Origin: Macrostomum lignano
Lineage: Eukaryota
DNA: 64,000 nt
NCBI GenBank assembly: GCA_002269645.1
Contig: NIVC01003761.1
Location: 14,191 to 78,190 of the forward strand
Direction: 5' to 3'
Made by a program: the position numbers and the translations under genes. The first letter of the stretch is position 1. Every line of letters begins with the position of its first letter. Below the pieces are notes generated by a model, which was not told the DNA's origin, ran no database searches, and was given only the letters and a program-made list of their open reading frames with translations. Below, in pieces: positions 25,488 to 39,195 of this stretch.

Positions 25488-28400
25488 ATGGCTGCAACAT
25501 CGATGCAGCATCTGCTGCCAGTGTTGCTGTGGCTGGCCGTTCTAATAATCGACGTCACCAGCTCCTCGTCGGCCACCGTTGTCGTTCCGAACGCGTCCCG
25601 TCCGCCGATCCGAGTGCAGCAGGGCAAGTCGGCGGCGCTGACCGCCGCCCACCTGCTAATACGTCGGCAGCCAAGCGGCAGTGGCAGCCTTTGCCGAGTT
25701 GAAGTCGACTCAAGCGATCCACTGACTCAGACAGTCGGACAAATGAAGCCTAAGGTAAAAACTTTTAAATTTGCATAATAATTACTAGCGAAATGAGAGT
25801 CATAAACAAAACCTGAGATCCCTTGAAAAAACTCATCATGCACTGTAGAGTGCATTTACGAGGTATTTGTGTGAAAATTTAGTTATAGAAAACAGTTGTG
25901 TTGGTACTGCTTCTGAAGCACTGATGAGGGCAAAAACGTTTTACTTAAAGTTTTGGAGTGCGATTGGGTGCAATAATTTGAAAATCTTCTCAAACTCTAC
26001 TCAGGTATTCGACTGCTTTTTCACCGAGGGCAGCGTATTTTACGAGCATGAAGGCTCCCCGTTGCGTTCACACGACTCGGTTCGCTTGCTGGTTTACAGC
26101 TTCCAACCTGGCAACAGAAGCGAGATCGCGCCGATTCGCCTAGCCGTAGAAGTGCAGTTGAGGTCCAGACGCGGCAGCGGTCAAGGGGCCGTGGGAGAGC
26201 GGAGTTCCAGCACTGCGACGTACATCGTGATGCCCGGTCCCAGGCCCTTAACGGTGCCCCGATTCCGAGGCACCTCGGCGCCTATCGACTCCAACGCGCT
26301 CAATTTTGTGTACGATCCACTCACCACTCGGTGCACTGTGGTCTACAGCGACTCAGTCCAAGCCAGCAGTAGCCTAGCTTTCCGCGACTGGCCCATGGTT
26401 GGCCGGCTGGTCGATGACCAGAGCACGCGGGTGCGGGAGTTCAAACACGACTGCCGCCAATTCCTTCTAGCCGGCTATCGCTACGAGCACCAAAGACCGC
26501 CCAATCCCGACATGGATTATATTCCACTGTCTGTCTACCTCCTGCGGCTGGATTTCAATGGATCAGTTGACGCGACTTCTGATGTGATTGTCACAGAAAA
26601 GTATTATCTGCCGGTGCACATCGACAAAGCGCAGAAGAGTGCTCCGCCACAGCTGCAGCTCCGACAGAGATCGGTGTCGCTCGCACATACTGGAGGCCTC
26701 CCAGTGGTTTTGCCAGCGGATTTATTGCTTTTACCGTCTGCGTCTGCCTCGTCCACAACTTCCGATAGTGCACCGTCGACGGAGACAGATATAAGGAGAA
26801 GCGGTGATAGTAGCGGCGGTATCACTAGTGGCTTGGTAGTTATGGTGACCCAGATCGAGCCTGTGCTTCCCTTCAACATCAATGCATCGTTTGTGGACAC
26901 TCGCGAGCCGACGGCGGGCCAGATTAGCGGCTTCCAACCGAGAGACCTGCGCGAAGGCCGAGTGGCGTTTCAGTTTGCTACGCCGACTGACACGGACAGA
27001 GTGGAGCTGCGAATCCGCCTTCGGCCCATTGATGCTTTCTTTCAAGATGGCCCGGACGTCCTTCTGAACCTGGTCAGCACACCGAACCGGCAACTGCAGC
27101 TGTTTCCGCGTCCTTTACTTGCCTACACCCAGGCTACTGTCCGATTTAATTCGAGAAACTTGTTGTGCTCTGGCTCAGATTGCAATCTGGTCAGCTATCG
27201 AATTCGCCGTGAGCCGTACAGTGGCCGAATTCTAATGAATAACGCACCGATAGAGTTCTTCGGTCCAAGAACTTTAAATAACCCAGAAGAGTTTTCTATT
27301 ACCTACACGCACAACGGCAACATACCGTCAGAGGATAGCATAGAGCTGCGCACTCAAGTGTCGGAGAGCAGTGGAACGCCGATTGTTTTCAAATTTCCAA
27401 TCCATGTAACCCGTCTCTGGGACTCGGTGTCGACTTTGAAATCGTCTAACGTGAACTATCGACTCGGACCAGGTGGTCAAGTATGCTTCGGCGTAGAAAT
27501 CATTGACGAGAGTGTCTTGCGGACACTGAAGCACGATTGCATTGACATGCGCTATGAAGTTGTCAAAAGGCCCGAGTACGGCAACCTGATCAGGGCGCTC
27601 AATCCTTTGTCGGACTGGGCGCGGTCGAGATCGACATCAACTTTCCTGACATTTGCTGTGAGCGATCTTTTACAGGGAAAGACGATTTGCTACCTACAAC
27701 AGAGGAATCTGGAGCCCGGCCAGACCAATGTCTGGGACTCCATGACTCTCAAGCAAGCCGGACGACCCGACTTTACTCCGCTGCTAATCCGACTCCAACT
27801 TCACGATAAGCCGAGAGCCCCACTAATCAATCGATCAGCGCGGTACCTCTCAGCGCCGACGATGCTGGAGACTGATAATAACTTTGTTATTACGCGCGAC
27901 TTTCTTCGGTACGAAACGGAAGGACTTTCGCCCAATCAGATTGTTTACGAAGTACTGCTGCACCCGTACTACGCCGGCACCAACATCAGCATCGATGCGG
28001 GTCGCCTGCTAGACAAGCGGAAGCTCGAACGAATCTTCACGACGGGCGATAATGTGAAAGCCAAAGTGCGAATCACATCGTTCAAGGAGGTTGGATGCCT
28101 CAGCCAATTTACCCAAGAAGATGTCGACAACGAAAACGTTTTGTACGTGCCGCCGTTAAACGACGTTGGCATATCGAATCGCACAGTGAACGTTTACCTA
28201 CAGCCGTATGACACGACGTGGAACAAGGCATCGCCCAACAAACTGACCTTTATTGTCCTACCGGTTGACAACCAAGAGCCGAAACTCGAACCTCAGAAAC
28301 TCAGCGTTGAGCGAGGAAAGCGTCTGACTATTAAACTGAATCACCTGCGACCGAGGGACATCGACACGAAAGTCGATCAGCTGACACTACGACTACTGAA

Positions 28401-31400
28401 GGAGCCAAAGCACGGCAAACTTTATGACGGAGACGTGTCCATTGGCGTTGGCCAGTGGTTCAAAGTTGGTAGAGTCCGGTCCGAAAAGATTAGGTAAGTT
28501 TGACAAAAAGCTTAATGAATGAGACCCCTAACCCTAGTTAAAGACGCAAATGTTTTCGCTGTTAATTAAGTCAAGAAATTTGAAGTGAAACAGGACATTT
28601 CAAGTTTCTAATTGCAAGCCTTCAGTGCCTGGATGGGAATCGCCAGGTATCATAAGGCATCAAATTACTTTATGAAGGGCTGAATAATCGCCTGATCTGC
28701 CTTTTGACATTGACAGCCTCCCAGACGGACCGCGCCCAGAGTTCCTGATTTTCAGCTTGCATTTCATTGCCAAACTAAAAGCTGGAATAAATTTTCCAGA
28801 GCAGCCGAGAGAACTAAGGCACACTTGAAAAAATAAGACCCGTCTCGTGCACTTGTTTACCTGCATTACCCGGCATTTTGCATTTCTTCTCCTTTTCTCC
28901 GCATTGAATTGCGTAAATAGGCCGACTGGTAGATACAAAAAAGGATAAAATTCTTTCATATCCGCTCCGGATTCTTGTCCACGCGTTGCGGCAGTCGATA
29001 TTGCAAGCTTCATTAACCACCTGATACAGGCCATATCTTCTTAAAGTTCCCGGAACTGGGATTCCAGCCAGATGGAGATCCGTATGATTGAAAGCACTTG
29101 GCCCGGTTGCAATGGCAGGGTTACACGGATGTAAAACAGGTTCATTCTTCCCCTTTGCCTCTGGCGGCAGGCAAAAAGCCTTTTTCTGCGCTAAGCTATA
29201 CTAATCCGTTGACATTCGATTTTGTTGCGAGCCTGTCTGGAATATTTCTGACGGAATTTTTCGTTAATTAATCCCACGATGGGAGAATTGTAACAATAAT
29301 TTCTATTGTTTATAAATAATGATGAATAACTAAACATTTCTTCTTAGCCTATACGCGAAGATTTCAGAATAAAGTTTCACCCAAAAATAACCTGTTTGGC
29401 AGACAATTATTATCACGGTATTCTCACGAAGCAGTTAATATAAACCTCGCAAAATGTCGCTGTTAAATATATTCTATAAAGGATGCCTTTTCTATAACTA
29501 TGGTCACTTGAGCACGAAGCCTCAGCCCACCTGTTATTCAGACGCTGCGATTCTCCTTTAACCCAGGTGCAATCTCATTCGCATAGCTGGGCATCTACCC
29601 AGACGATTCTCAAGAAGGGCTTCCACTTGAGCGAATGAATTGACTGAATTTAAGATGATGAGAGTAAAGGAAAGGTATCTTAGCTAAGCTATCTTGTCTG
29701 GCATACAGCTCTTTCTATCACAGCGGGGCCGCATAATCCATGTACAGAGACCGCTGGTGGAGCATTGTCTACCGCCGAGTCTATAGGTCTACCGACCGAC
29801 CGAGACTTATCCAGTCACCCTTACCCCAGTAACAGGTAGGAAACAGATGCAGACGTTTGAAGGAAATTAGCGGTAGCGCTGTTATCTGTTTTAAGCGGAG
29901 AAGGCTTAAGTTTCATTAAAAGCTTAAGCTAGTCTTCAAATGCGTCTATACTTTGCTGTGTCGATTGCGTAATCTCTGTCAGCCTTGAGGGTGCTTGCCA
30001 GAGCTGATTAGATCATTAAACTCTCAAAGACGACTAGCCTTATCGCACCAGTTAGTTATACTGCCAGACTGGCTCAAACTGAGACAAACTGCACGCTGGG
30101 TACTGTATGCTTCATTAACCGTTGTGGCTAATAAGAATGGTGATTACAAATAAATTAATTGCGTAGAAGTCCATTAAGCATTTTTACGCTTCTAATAACG
30201 TCTGATAGTATATAAAACAATTATCATGCAACTTTCAGCTACCAGCACGACGGTACAACAAGTTCAGCCGATTATTTCGTGCTCCAAGTGACGGACAATA
30301 ACCAGAACAGCCCAGATTACAACATATATTTGAACATAACTGAGCGTCAGGCATGGGACTACGGCACGAAATTCTATGCAAACAATACAATATTCGTACT
30401 AGAGGGTGGTCAAACCGTCCTAACCACAGAGATGTTTCCAATTTTGAAAAGCGAAACAATAGATCCAAGACAGATTTCATATCTACAAGGTGAGCGACCA
30501 GTGAAGGGCGAATTCGAACTACTGGGCAGTTCTAGTCGCAGCATATCCCAGTTCAATCACGAAGACTTGCGAGCCGGTCGTATCGTGTACCGCCACACTA
30601 CTGGCGAAATCGGGTCACGAGCCATTGTCGACATCTGCCCTATGTTTGTCTACAGCGGATCCGACTGGCAGACACACCGCCTGACCTTCTCCATTCAACC
30701 GGTTGACAACCAGCCGCCATCTATTACAGACGGGGCCCAGGTCCTGGTCAAGGAGGGCGACAGCACCGTCTTGTCAGGTAATGTCATTAAGGTGAGGGAT
30801 GCAGACACCGAAGCTGACAAGCTGCTGCTGATGGTGCAAGACGCACCGAAGCATGGTGAAATTCGTTTGATCAACGGAAGCGGAGCGACGGTTAACCAAT
30901 TTAGCCAGCAACAACTTCTCGCTGGAGAGGTCGCGTTTTTGCAGAACAAAAATTTTGGCACAGAGTTCACCAGAGACAACTTCACAGTGATAGCAAGCGA
31001 CGGAGAACGCAGATCGAGCCCCGTTACAGTTCAAGTGTACATCTATCCGGTGACCGACGAGCTGCCATCGATAGTTGGTCTCGCTGATTTCGCCATCAGT
31101 AAGGGCGAGTCTCGTGTATTGAATGCGACGTATTTTTCCGTCACCGATGCCGACGTGCCCGAAGAGGAAGTCATCGTACGAATCCGTCGGTTGCCCAGCG
31201 TCGGGACTTTGTTTCAGGACTGGTTCACTGCTCGGATCAGCAAAAAGGTTACTGAAACTTCAAACAGGCAGTTTACGAAGCGAAATCTGAACTATATGCG
31301 CCTAGTGTATCACCAAGACCTGGATGTCACATCGCTTAACGACAGCTTTGTGGTGGAAGCTTCTGATCCAGTTTATCGCGTCTCTAAGACCTGCCGTATT

Positions 31401-34400
31401 GCCATAGCAACCAGAAACGAACAGCCACCCGTGTTTTCGTTACCTCGGTCACAATTACAACTTTATTATGGTGAAAAAGTCCAACTGACCGAGAATCATC
31501 TCCTCGTACGTGATCCGGACACGCCAAAGGAAGCGATATCTATTTCCGTGGTATCTCTTCCCGCCAATTGCGAATTGCTCAGGTTGGAGCCTAGTAGGTC
31601 CAGTGTCATTCTCAGTGGCAGAAGCCGCGACCGTCTGGTGGCGCTGCGCCTTGGCGAGAGTTTCAGCCAGCGAGACGTGCAGCAAAGCCGGATGTTTGTA
31701 AGGGCATCCAGATTGAGCAGCAGCTCGGCAGCCTCGCCAGCGACGGTGGAGCTGCGTCTAATGGCTGGTGACGGGCGTTTCTCTACTGATGCGGCAAACT
31801 TGATGCTGAGACTCGTGCCAAAACCTGCCGAGGTGCTGGAGCTGTTTCTAATTCGTACATCCCGACTGAAAGCAGTCACTCAAAGAGTCACAAAGTTAAC
31901 ACAAAAGGAGATTAGTGTCTATTACCGTGACCGAGTGCAGAACTCAGCCAGCTTCCAGGTTATTCCCCAACAAGTGTCCGATAGCCAACCATGCTATTCA
32001 TTTGAGCTTGAGGGCGATCCAGTTGTTACCGACAACGAAACAGTATTCTTGATGTCGGACGTTTTGGATGGTCGAGTCTTGTTTAATGCGACCAATTGCT
32101 CTAAATCTAAAGAAGACATACTCTTTGAAGTGCGCTCAAACTGGATTGGAAAGTCAGCATCTGGTATGCTCCCTGTAGATCTTATCCGGCTGGACGTGGC
32201 GCCGCCAACGCTGGATCATGTCGGAACTCTGTCACTACGAGCCCACGAAGCTGTCGCCATTAATCAAACTGTCCTCAGAACATCGGACGCTGATACACCA
32301 CCACAGGAAATTTTGTACCGCATCAAAAATGCACCTAAACAAGGCCTTTTAGTTATAGGAAACTCTCAACTTGGCCAAGAGGATTCATTTACTCAAGCTG
32401 ACATCAATAACGGAACTGTTTTATGGTACAGAAGCCTCAGAGAGCCACCCACTGGCTTAGACAAGCTAAAATTCACGGTTGAAGACATGAACAAAACACG
32501 CGGTTTCTGTTATAAATCGGCTATTCCGCGCTCCTCCCCAGTGACATTATCAATTCGAGTTGCCCCGTCGACTCGTAATCCAATTGAATTGGTTCGAGTC
32601 AAGAGCCCCTCCGAGCTGATGTCGTTTGGCACTGGTGGGCGCTTTGGGTTTCGTATTAAAAACGACTCCCTATTGGCAAAGCCGGCTATGGTCCTATTCG
32701 AGCTGGCTTCCCAACCAGGCTTGGGCATTCTGAAACTGGGCGAATCTGAAATCCCTGTTGGGGGGAGTTTCACTCAGCGTGACGTCAATACCGGACGAGT
32801 GACTTACTGGTTCAATCAGCCTCAAGTAACCAGTGCAGTTAAAGCTCCGGACAATACATCCGACTCATTTGAGTTCATCGTACGCACCCAAGATAGACGC
32901 TTCAGCTCAGAGAGAAGCCGCTTCAGAATGGAATGGTCAGTGATCTTCTTTCGGCAGACTCGCTATTGGGTGCGTTGTCCACGGCCTGGCACCCTTCTGG
33001 TAGATGTTACCCGTACTGGCGCAATGGACCAGATGGCATTCGCCAGGTTCGAACTTGATGGCTCTGCTCAGGAACGCAGGGATTTCACCGTGAGCTCAGC
33101 CAGGACTCTCAACTTCAATCCAGGTTGGTTTTTAAAACAAAATCGAATCCACATCCAGCTCATATCTATTTGTCATTTTAGATTTCACTTCAAGCCAACT
33201 TTATTTCCCGTCCTATAGGTGACAGGACCGCCCAGATCAGACTGGAAATCAGCGAGCGAAACGACAGCTCGGACTTGCGACTACGCATCGATCTCATAGC
33301 CCCCGGTACCGCCCTGATCGGTGCCAACTCGCGAGCTACCATACTACTTCAACCCGATCCTGCAGTTGACTGCACGGCCGACAGTGCTCACTTCACTCCG
33401 TCCAGTGGCGGAGACTTAGCCCTGTTTAGGTACTATCTGAGACACTACATGATGCGAAATCGACAGGTGAGTATTCGTACATATCTGACGAGTAGAAAGT
33501 ACATCGGCGTGCATGAGTGAGTGCCTGCGTGTACTCAGGGGTCAGCGGAATGGGCTGAATGCGCTGGTTGTGGGACGATATCACCGTTGCGCTAGGGTGC
33601 CTACAGACCTGCTGCAAATGGTTATCTATTTATATGCAGATATCGTAAGGATACCAGTTGCACCTACAACCCCAACACAGGTCCAAGTGCAGAGCTGTGA
33701 TTGTTAAACTGTTTTCTGAGAACGATAAATATTTTGATGTTAAGAATTTACGTCCCTTTTGTGCGGTGGGATGTCCGTAGACTTTGACGCTTGAATTAGA
33801 CTTTCTGTTAACGCACACACACATTTCAGTTCAGCGATCAAGCTCCATCGGATCCCAACCAAGGACAAAAAGATCCAAATCAAGGACGAAACGGTTTGAA
33901 CTTGAACAAGCCTGCAGTTAGCAGTGTTCAGAAGTCAAAGTTCAACGATAAATCTAGTGACAATGACCAAAAGAATAACAAAAAACAATTCGATAATGCT
34001 GACAAAAATCAACAAAAATACTCGCACAACGAAAAATATTACAACAAGCCATACGAGGAAAAGGTCGCCATTCACGTTCCGTCTAGTGAGGCATTGAGGA
34101 AGCTGCAGAGAGAGGAGATGCAGCATGCTAACAAGGACGGGGTGAGTTAGAGCTTGTGCCGTTGATTTTTAATGCTTTTCTGAAAGTATAGCTAGGAAGG
34201 ATGTTGGTCATAAAGAAGGGAGGGTAGTGGTGCTCAAACTGAATTACAGGTAGGGTAGCGGTGCTCAAACTGAATTACAGGTAGGGTAGCAGTGCTCAAA
34301 CTGAATTACAGGTAGGGTAGCGGTGCTCAAACTGAATTACAGGTAGGGTAGCGGTGCTCAAATTGAATTACAGGTAGGGTAGCGGTGCTCAAACTGAATT

Positions 34401-37400
34401 ACAGGTAGGGTAGCGGTGCTCAAACTGAATTACAGGTAGGGTAGCGGTGCTCAAACTGAATTACAGGTAGGGTAGCAGTGCTCAAACTGAATTACAGGTA
34501 GGGTAGCGGTGCTCAAACTGAATTACAGGTAGGGTAGCGGTGCTCAAATTGAATTACAGGTAGGGTAGCGGTGCTCAAACTGAATTACAGGTAGGGTAGC
34601 GGTGCTCAAACTGAATTACAGGTAGGGTAGCGGTGCTCAAATTGAATTACAGGTAGGGTAGCGGTGCTCAAATTGAATTACAGGTAGGGTAGCGGTGCTC
34701 AAATTGAATTACAGGTAGGGTAGCGGTGCTCAAACTGAATTACAGGTAGGGTAGCGGTGCTCAAATTGAATTACAGGTAGGGTAGCGGTGCTCAAATTGA
34801 ATTACAGGTAGGGTAGCGGTGCTCAAATTGAATTACAGGTAGGGTAGCGGTGCTCAAATTGAATTACAGGTAGGGTAGCGGTGCTCAAATTGAATTACAG
34901 GTAGGGTAGCGGTGCTCAAATTGAATTACAGGTAGGGTAGCGGTGCTCAAATTGAATTACAGGTAGGGTAGCGGTGCTCAAATTGAATTACAGGTAGGGT
35001 AGCGGTGCTCAAATTGAATTACAGGTAGGGTAGCGGTGCTCAAATTGAATTACAGGTAGGGTAGCGGTGCTCAAATTGAATTACAGGTAGGGTAGCGGTG
35101 CTCAAATTGAATTACAGTTAGGGTAGCGGTGCTCAAACTGAATTACAGGTAGGGTAGCGGTGCTCAAATTGAATTACAGGTAAGGTAGCGGTGCTCAAAT
35201 TGAATTACAGGTAGGGTAGCGGTGCTCAAATTGAATTACAGGTAGGGTAGCGGTGCTCAAATTGAATTACAGGTAGGGTAGCGGTGCTCAAATTGAATTA
35301 CAGGTAGGGTAGCGGTGCTCAAATTGAATTACAGGTAGGGTAGCGGTGCTCAAACTGAATTACAGGGAGGGTAGCGGTGCTCAAACTGAAGGACAGGTAG
35401 GGTAGCGGTGCTCAAACTGAATGGCAGGGAGGGAAGGGCTGCTCAAACTGAATGATCTCTATACGTACAGCTTCAGAGTACTTAGCAGCACAAAAGTACC
35501 CCCTAAGTGTTCGAATTTCACTTCATCGACACTGAAAAGTTTTTAAAGCTCTTGCTCTGGTTTGCGTTGCGACATAAAAAAACAATTTATTGGCTATTTT
35601 ATTCTCTGTTTTAAAGCAGCAATTAGTGGCTGGAGCACAGGCTACTTAAGCTTAAACCGCAAAGACGATTCAATTAACTGCGTTCGATCATAAAAGCTGA
35701 AATTATTGCTGCCAATTCCACGATTTCAGTTCCCACGCTGCACAATTTACCTGAGCGGCGAGCAGCGTTCGAACGGAGACGGAGTTCGCTACATCTGCAA
35801 CGGCGGCCGCTGGGTCACTCTGGCTAGCGTGGTCCAGTCTCAACGCCAGCCTCACCGCGGCTTCGGTTCCGCTACTGATAGGCAATCTCAAACTCCTGCC
35901 GCAGAGGACAAGACGATGATCAACTGCCCAACGGGTAGGGCTGCGGTTCTCTGAAAATATATTTGAAATTTTTTTTGTGGGTTCATATCGGTTATTTATG
36001 GTTTAGGGTAGCTTTTACGCGTAGCAGGGACGGTCGCGTCCTTGAAGGGCGCCATTTCGATTGAGAGGGGGCGCCATTTGGGTTGAGAGGGGGCGCCATT
36101 TGGGTTGAGAGGGGGCGCCATTTGGGTTGAGAGGGGTGCCGTTTGGGTTGAAAGGGGGCGCCGTTTGGGTTGAAAGGGGGCGCCGTTTGGGTTGAAAGGG
36201 GGCGCCATTTGGGTTGAGAGGGGCGCCATTTGGGTTGAGAGGGTCACCATTTGGGTTGAGAGGGGTGCCGTTTGGGTGGAGAGGGGGTGCCATTTTGATT
36301 GAGAGGGGCGCCATTTGGGTTGAGAGGGGGCGCCGTTTGGGTTGAGAGGGGGCACCGTTTGTGTTGAGATGGAGCACCATTAGCACCAGAGGCTTAAACA
36401 CCAGGGGCGCCAGCACCAGGGGCGCCAGCACCAGGGGCGCCAGCACCAGGGGCGCCAGCACCAGGGGCGCCAGCACCAGGGGCGCCAGCACCAGGGGCGC
36501 CAGCACCAGGGGCGCCAGCACCAGGGGCGCCAGCACCAGGGGCGCCAGCACCAGGGGCGCCAGCACCAGGGGCGCCAGCACCAGGGGCGCCAGCACCAGG
36601 GGCGCCAGCACCAGGGGCGCCAGCACCAGGGGCGCCAGCACCAGGGGCGCCAGCACCAGGGGCGCCAGCACCAGGGGCGCCAGCACCAGGGGCGCCAGCA
36701 CCAGGGGCGCCAGCACCAGGGGCGCCAGCACCAGGGGCGCCAGCACCAGGGGCGCCAGCACCAGGGGCGCCAGCACCAGGGGCGCCAGCACCAGGGGCGC
36801 CAGCACCAGGGGCGCCAGCACCAGGGGCGCCAGCACCAGGGGCGCCAGCACCAGGGGCGCCAGCACCAGGGGCGCCAGCACCAGGGGCGCCAGCACCAGG
36901 GGCGCCAGCACCAGGGGCGCCAGCACCAGGGGCGCCAGCACCAGGGGCGCCAGCACCAGGGGCGCCAGCACCAGGGGCGCCAGCACCAGGGGCGCCAGCA
37001 CCAGGGGTGCAACTAGCACTCCAGAATCACCTCCATCTGAATCCCGCAGGCTGGACAGCCAAGTCAGGCCTCTCCTGCGTTCGCCTATTCAAGGCGCGGC
37101 TCAGCTTCACTGCAGCGACCGCCGAGTGCGCCAAGTACGGAGCCCGCCTCTTGGAGCTGGGCAGCGCAGCTGATGCGCGCTGGATTCGCAAGAATCTGCG
37201 TACCAGAAAGCGCTATTGGATTGGTGAGCGCTGGATTGGTTTCGCTTTGCAAGAATTTGTCGCTATTCTTTAATGGGTGATTTGCTAGAACCCACACGCT
37301 AGAACCCACACGCTAGAATTCCCACACGCAAGAACCCACACACAAGAACCCACACGCAAGAACCCACACGCTAGAATCCACATGCTAGAACCCACTCGCT

Positions 37401-38699
37401 AGAACTCCCACACGCTAGAACCCACTCGCTAGAACCCACTCGCTAGAACTCCCACACGCTAGAACCCACTCGCTAGAACCCACTCGCTAGAACCCACTCG
37501 CTAGAACCCACTCGCTAGAACTCCCACACGCTAGAACCCACTCTCTAGAACCCACATGATAGAACCCACTCTCTAGAACCCACACGATAGAACCCACTCT
37601 CTAGAACCCACACGATAGAACCCACTCTCTAGAACCCACACGATAGAACCCACTCTCTAGAACCCACACGATAGAACCCACTCTCTAGAACCCACACGAT
37701 AGAACCCACTCTCTAGAACCCACTCGCTAGAACCCACTCGCTAGAACCCACTCGCTAGAACCCACTCTCTAGAACCCACACGATAGAACCCACTATCTAG
37801 AACCCACACGATAGAACCCACTCTCTAGAACCCACACGATAGAACCCACTCTCTAGAACCCACACGATAGAACCCACTCTCTAGAACCCACACGATAGAA
37901 CCCACTCTCTAGAACCCACACGATAGAACCCACTCTCTAGAACCCACACGATAGAACCCACTCTCTAGAACCCACACGATAGAACCCACTCTCTAGAACC
38001 CACTCGCTAGAACCCACTCGCTAGAACCCACTCGCTAGAACCCACTCTCTAGAACCCACACGATAGAACCCACTATCTAGAACCCACACGATAGAACCCA
38101 CTCTCTAGAACCCACACGATAGAACCCACTCTCTAGAACCCACACGATAGAACCCACTCTCTAGAACCCACACGATAGAACCCACTCTCTAGAACCCACA
38201 CGATAGAACCCACTCTCTAGAACCCACTCGCTAGAACCCACTCGCTAGAACCCACTCGCTAGAACCCACTCGCTAGAACCCACTCGCTAGAACCCACATG
38301 CTAGAACCCACACCCCACCATCATTAAGGTCTCTACCGCGGCAAAGACGGCCGCTGGCGCCAGCCGAGCGGCGAGGACGTTGCCTCAGCTCTGGCTGGCG
38401 GCCTCCGCTGGGCCCGCGGACACCCTCGTCGACGTGCCGATTGCGCTTTCGTCCACCGCAATCGCTGGCTGAAAAGTCGCCGATGCCGCCTGAGCCAGTC
38501 GAAGCCGAAAAATAAAAGTCGTGCCGGTCGTCGTCAAAGTCGTCGTCATCGTCGTCGTCGTCAACGACTTCAAAGACGAAGTCGACTAAAGCAGCGACCG
38601 GGTCGTCGAGCCGACTGGGCGGCGCCCTACGTGTGCCAGCTGACCGTGCGCTATAAACTTAGCAGACGGGCCTATGTGAACCTCGTCAGGAGCAACTGA
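25488..38699 (+). CDS. FREM1: FRAS1-related extracellular matrix protein 1-like (signal peptide, CSPG/cadherin-like repeats, Calx-beta, C-type lectin), 8 exons, about 2316 aa
   Basis: Exons 25488-25754, 26005-28493, 30239-33123, 33219-33466, 33830-34141, 35730-35934, 37050-37223, 38329-38699; all phases consistent. Motifs [44 protein letters not shown], Calx-beta LNFNPG, C-type lectin CPTGW..C..C..WIGL..W..C..W..C..YVCQ. Confidence 0.9.
33515..33612 (+). mobile_element. Fragment of SINE family 2 (homologous to about 63333-63432), in FREM1 intron 4
   Basis: Shared GAGTG.GTGCCTG..GGGGTCAGCGGAATGG..AATG..CGC..GTTGTG.GAC.AT..GC.AGGGTGC. Confidence 0.6.
34226..35452. repeat. 31-bp minisatellite (GGTGCTCAAAYTGAATTACAGGTAGGGTAGC)n, about 39 units (FREM1 intron 5)
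   Basis: Directly visible. Confidence 0.98.
36047..36368. repeat. 21-22-bp degenerate minisatellite (GGCGCCATTTGGGTTGAGAGGG)n (FREM1 intron 6)
   Basis: Directly visible, about 15 units. Confidence 0.95.
36399..37010. repeat. 15-bp minisatellite B (GCGCCAGCACCAGGG)n, about 41 units (FREM1 intron 6)
   Basis: Directly visible. It differs from array A by one base per unit. Confidence 0.98.
37284..38312. repeat. 14-bp minisatellite (CTAGAACCCACWCK)n with 28-bp dimer and 280-bp higher-order block (FREM1 intron 7)
   Basis: Directly visible. The variant CACTATCTAG occurs at 37791 and 38071. Confidence 0.97.
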
Positions 38700-38809
38700 C
38701 CAACTGGTCCCGAGTTCATGGACTTTTAATGGCTGACAAGTCAAATGTGGACGGACTTTGTCTGATTGACAAGTTTATGAGCTTTGCCTTTATTGACTCA
38801 GATTGGCTG

Positions 38810-39195
38810 AGTGTTGATTTGACTGACTCAGTGATGATTTGACTAGCTGAGTGATGATTTGGCTGACTGGGTGATGATTTGACTGTCTGAGTGATGATTT
38901 TACTGAGTGATGATTTTACTGAGTGATGATTTGACTGTCTGAGTGATGATTTGACTGTCTGAGTGATGATTTCACAGTGATGATTTAACTGTGTGCGTGA
39001 TGATTTGACTGAGTAATAATTTGACTGCGTGATGATTTGACTGTCTGCGTGATGATTTGACTGAGTGATTATTTGACTGATGGTTTGACTGTCTGAGTGA
39101 TGATTTGACTGACTGAGTGAGGATTTGACTGACTGAGTGATGATTTGACTGTCTGAGTGATGATTTGATTGACTGTGTGATGACTGACTGACCGG
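38810..39195. repeat. About 20-bp degenerate minisatellite (TGATGATTTGACTGTCTGAG)n between convergent 3' ends
   Basis: Directly visible. Confidence 0.93.

Noticed and set aside
28660-29200. Open frames of about 125 aa on the - strand in FREM1 intron 2
   Set aside because: No recognisable domain, start or splice structure. Possibly a decayed element.
34226-35452. CRISPR-like 31-bp direct repeats
   Set aside because: The units are contiguous with no spacers, there are no cas genes and the context is eukaryotic. The same applies to the other arrays.
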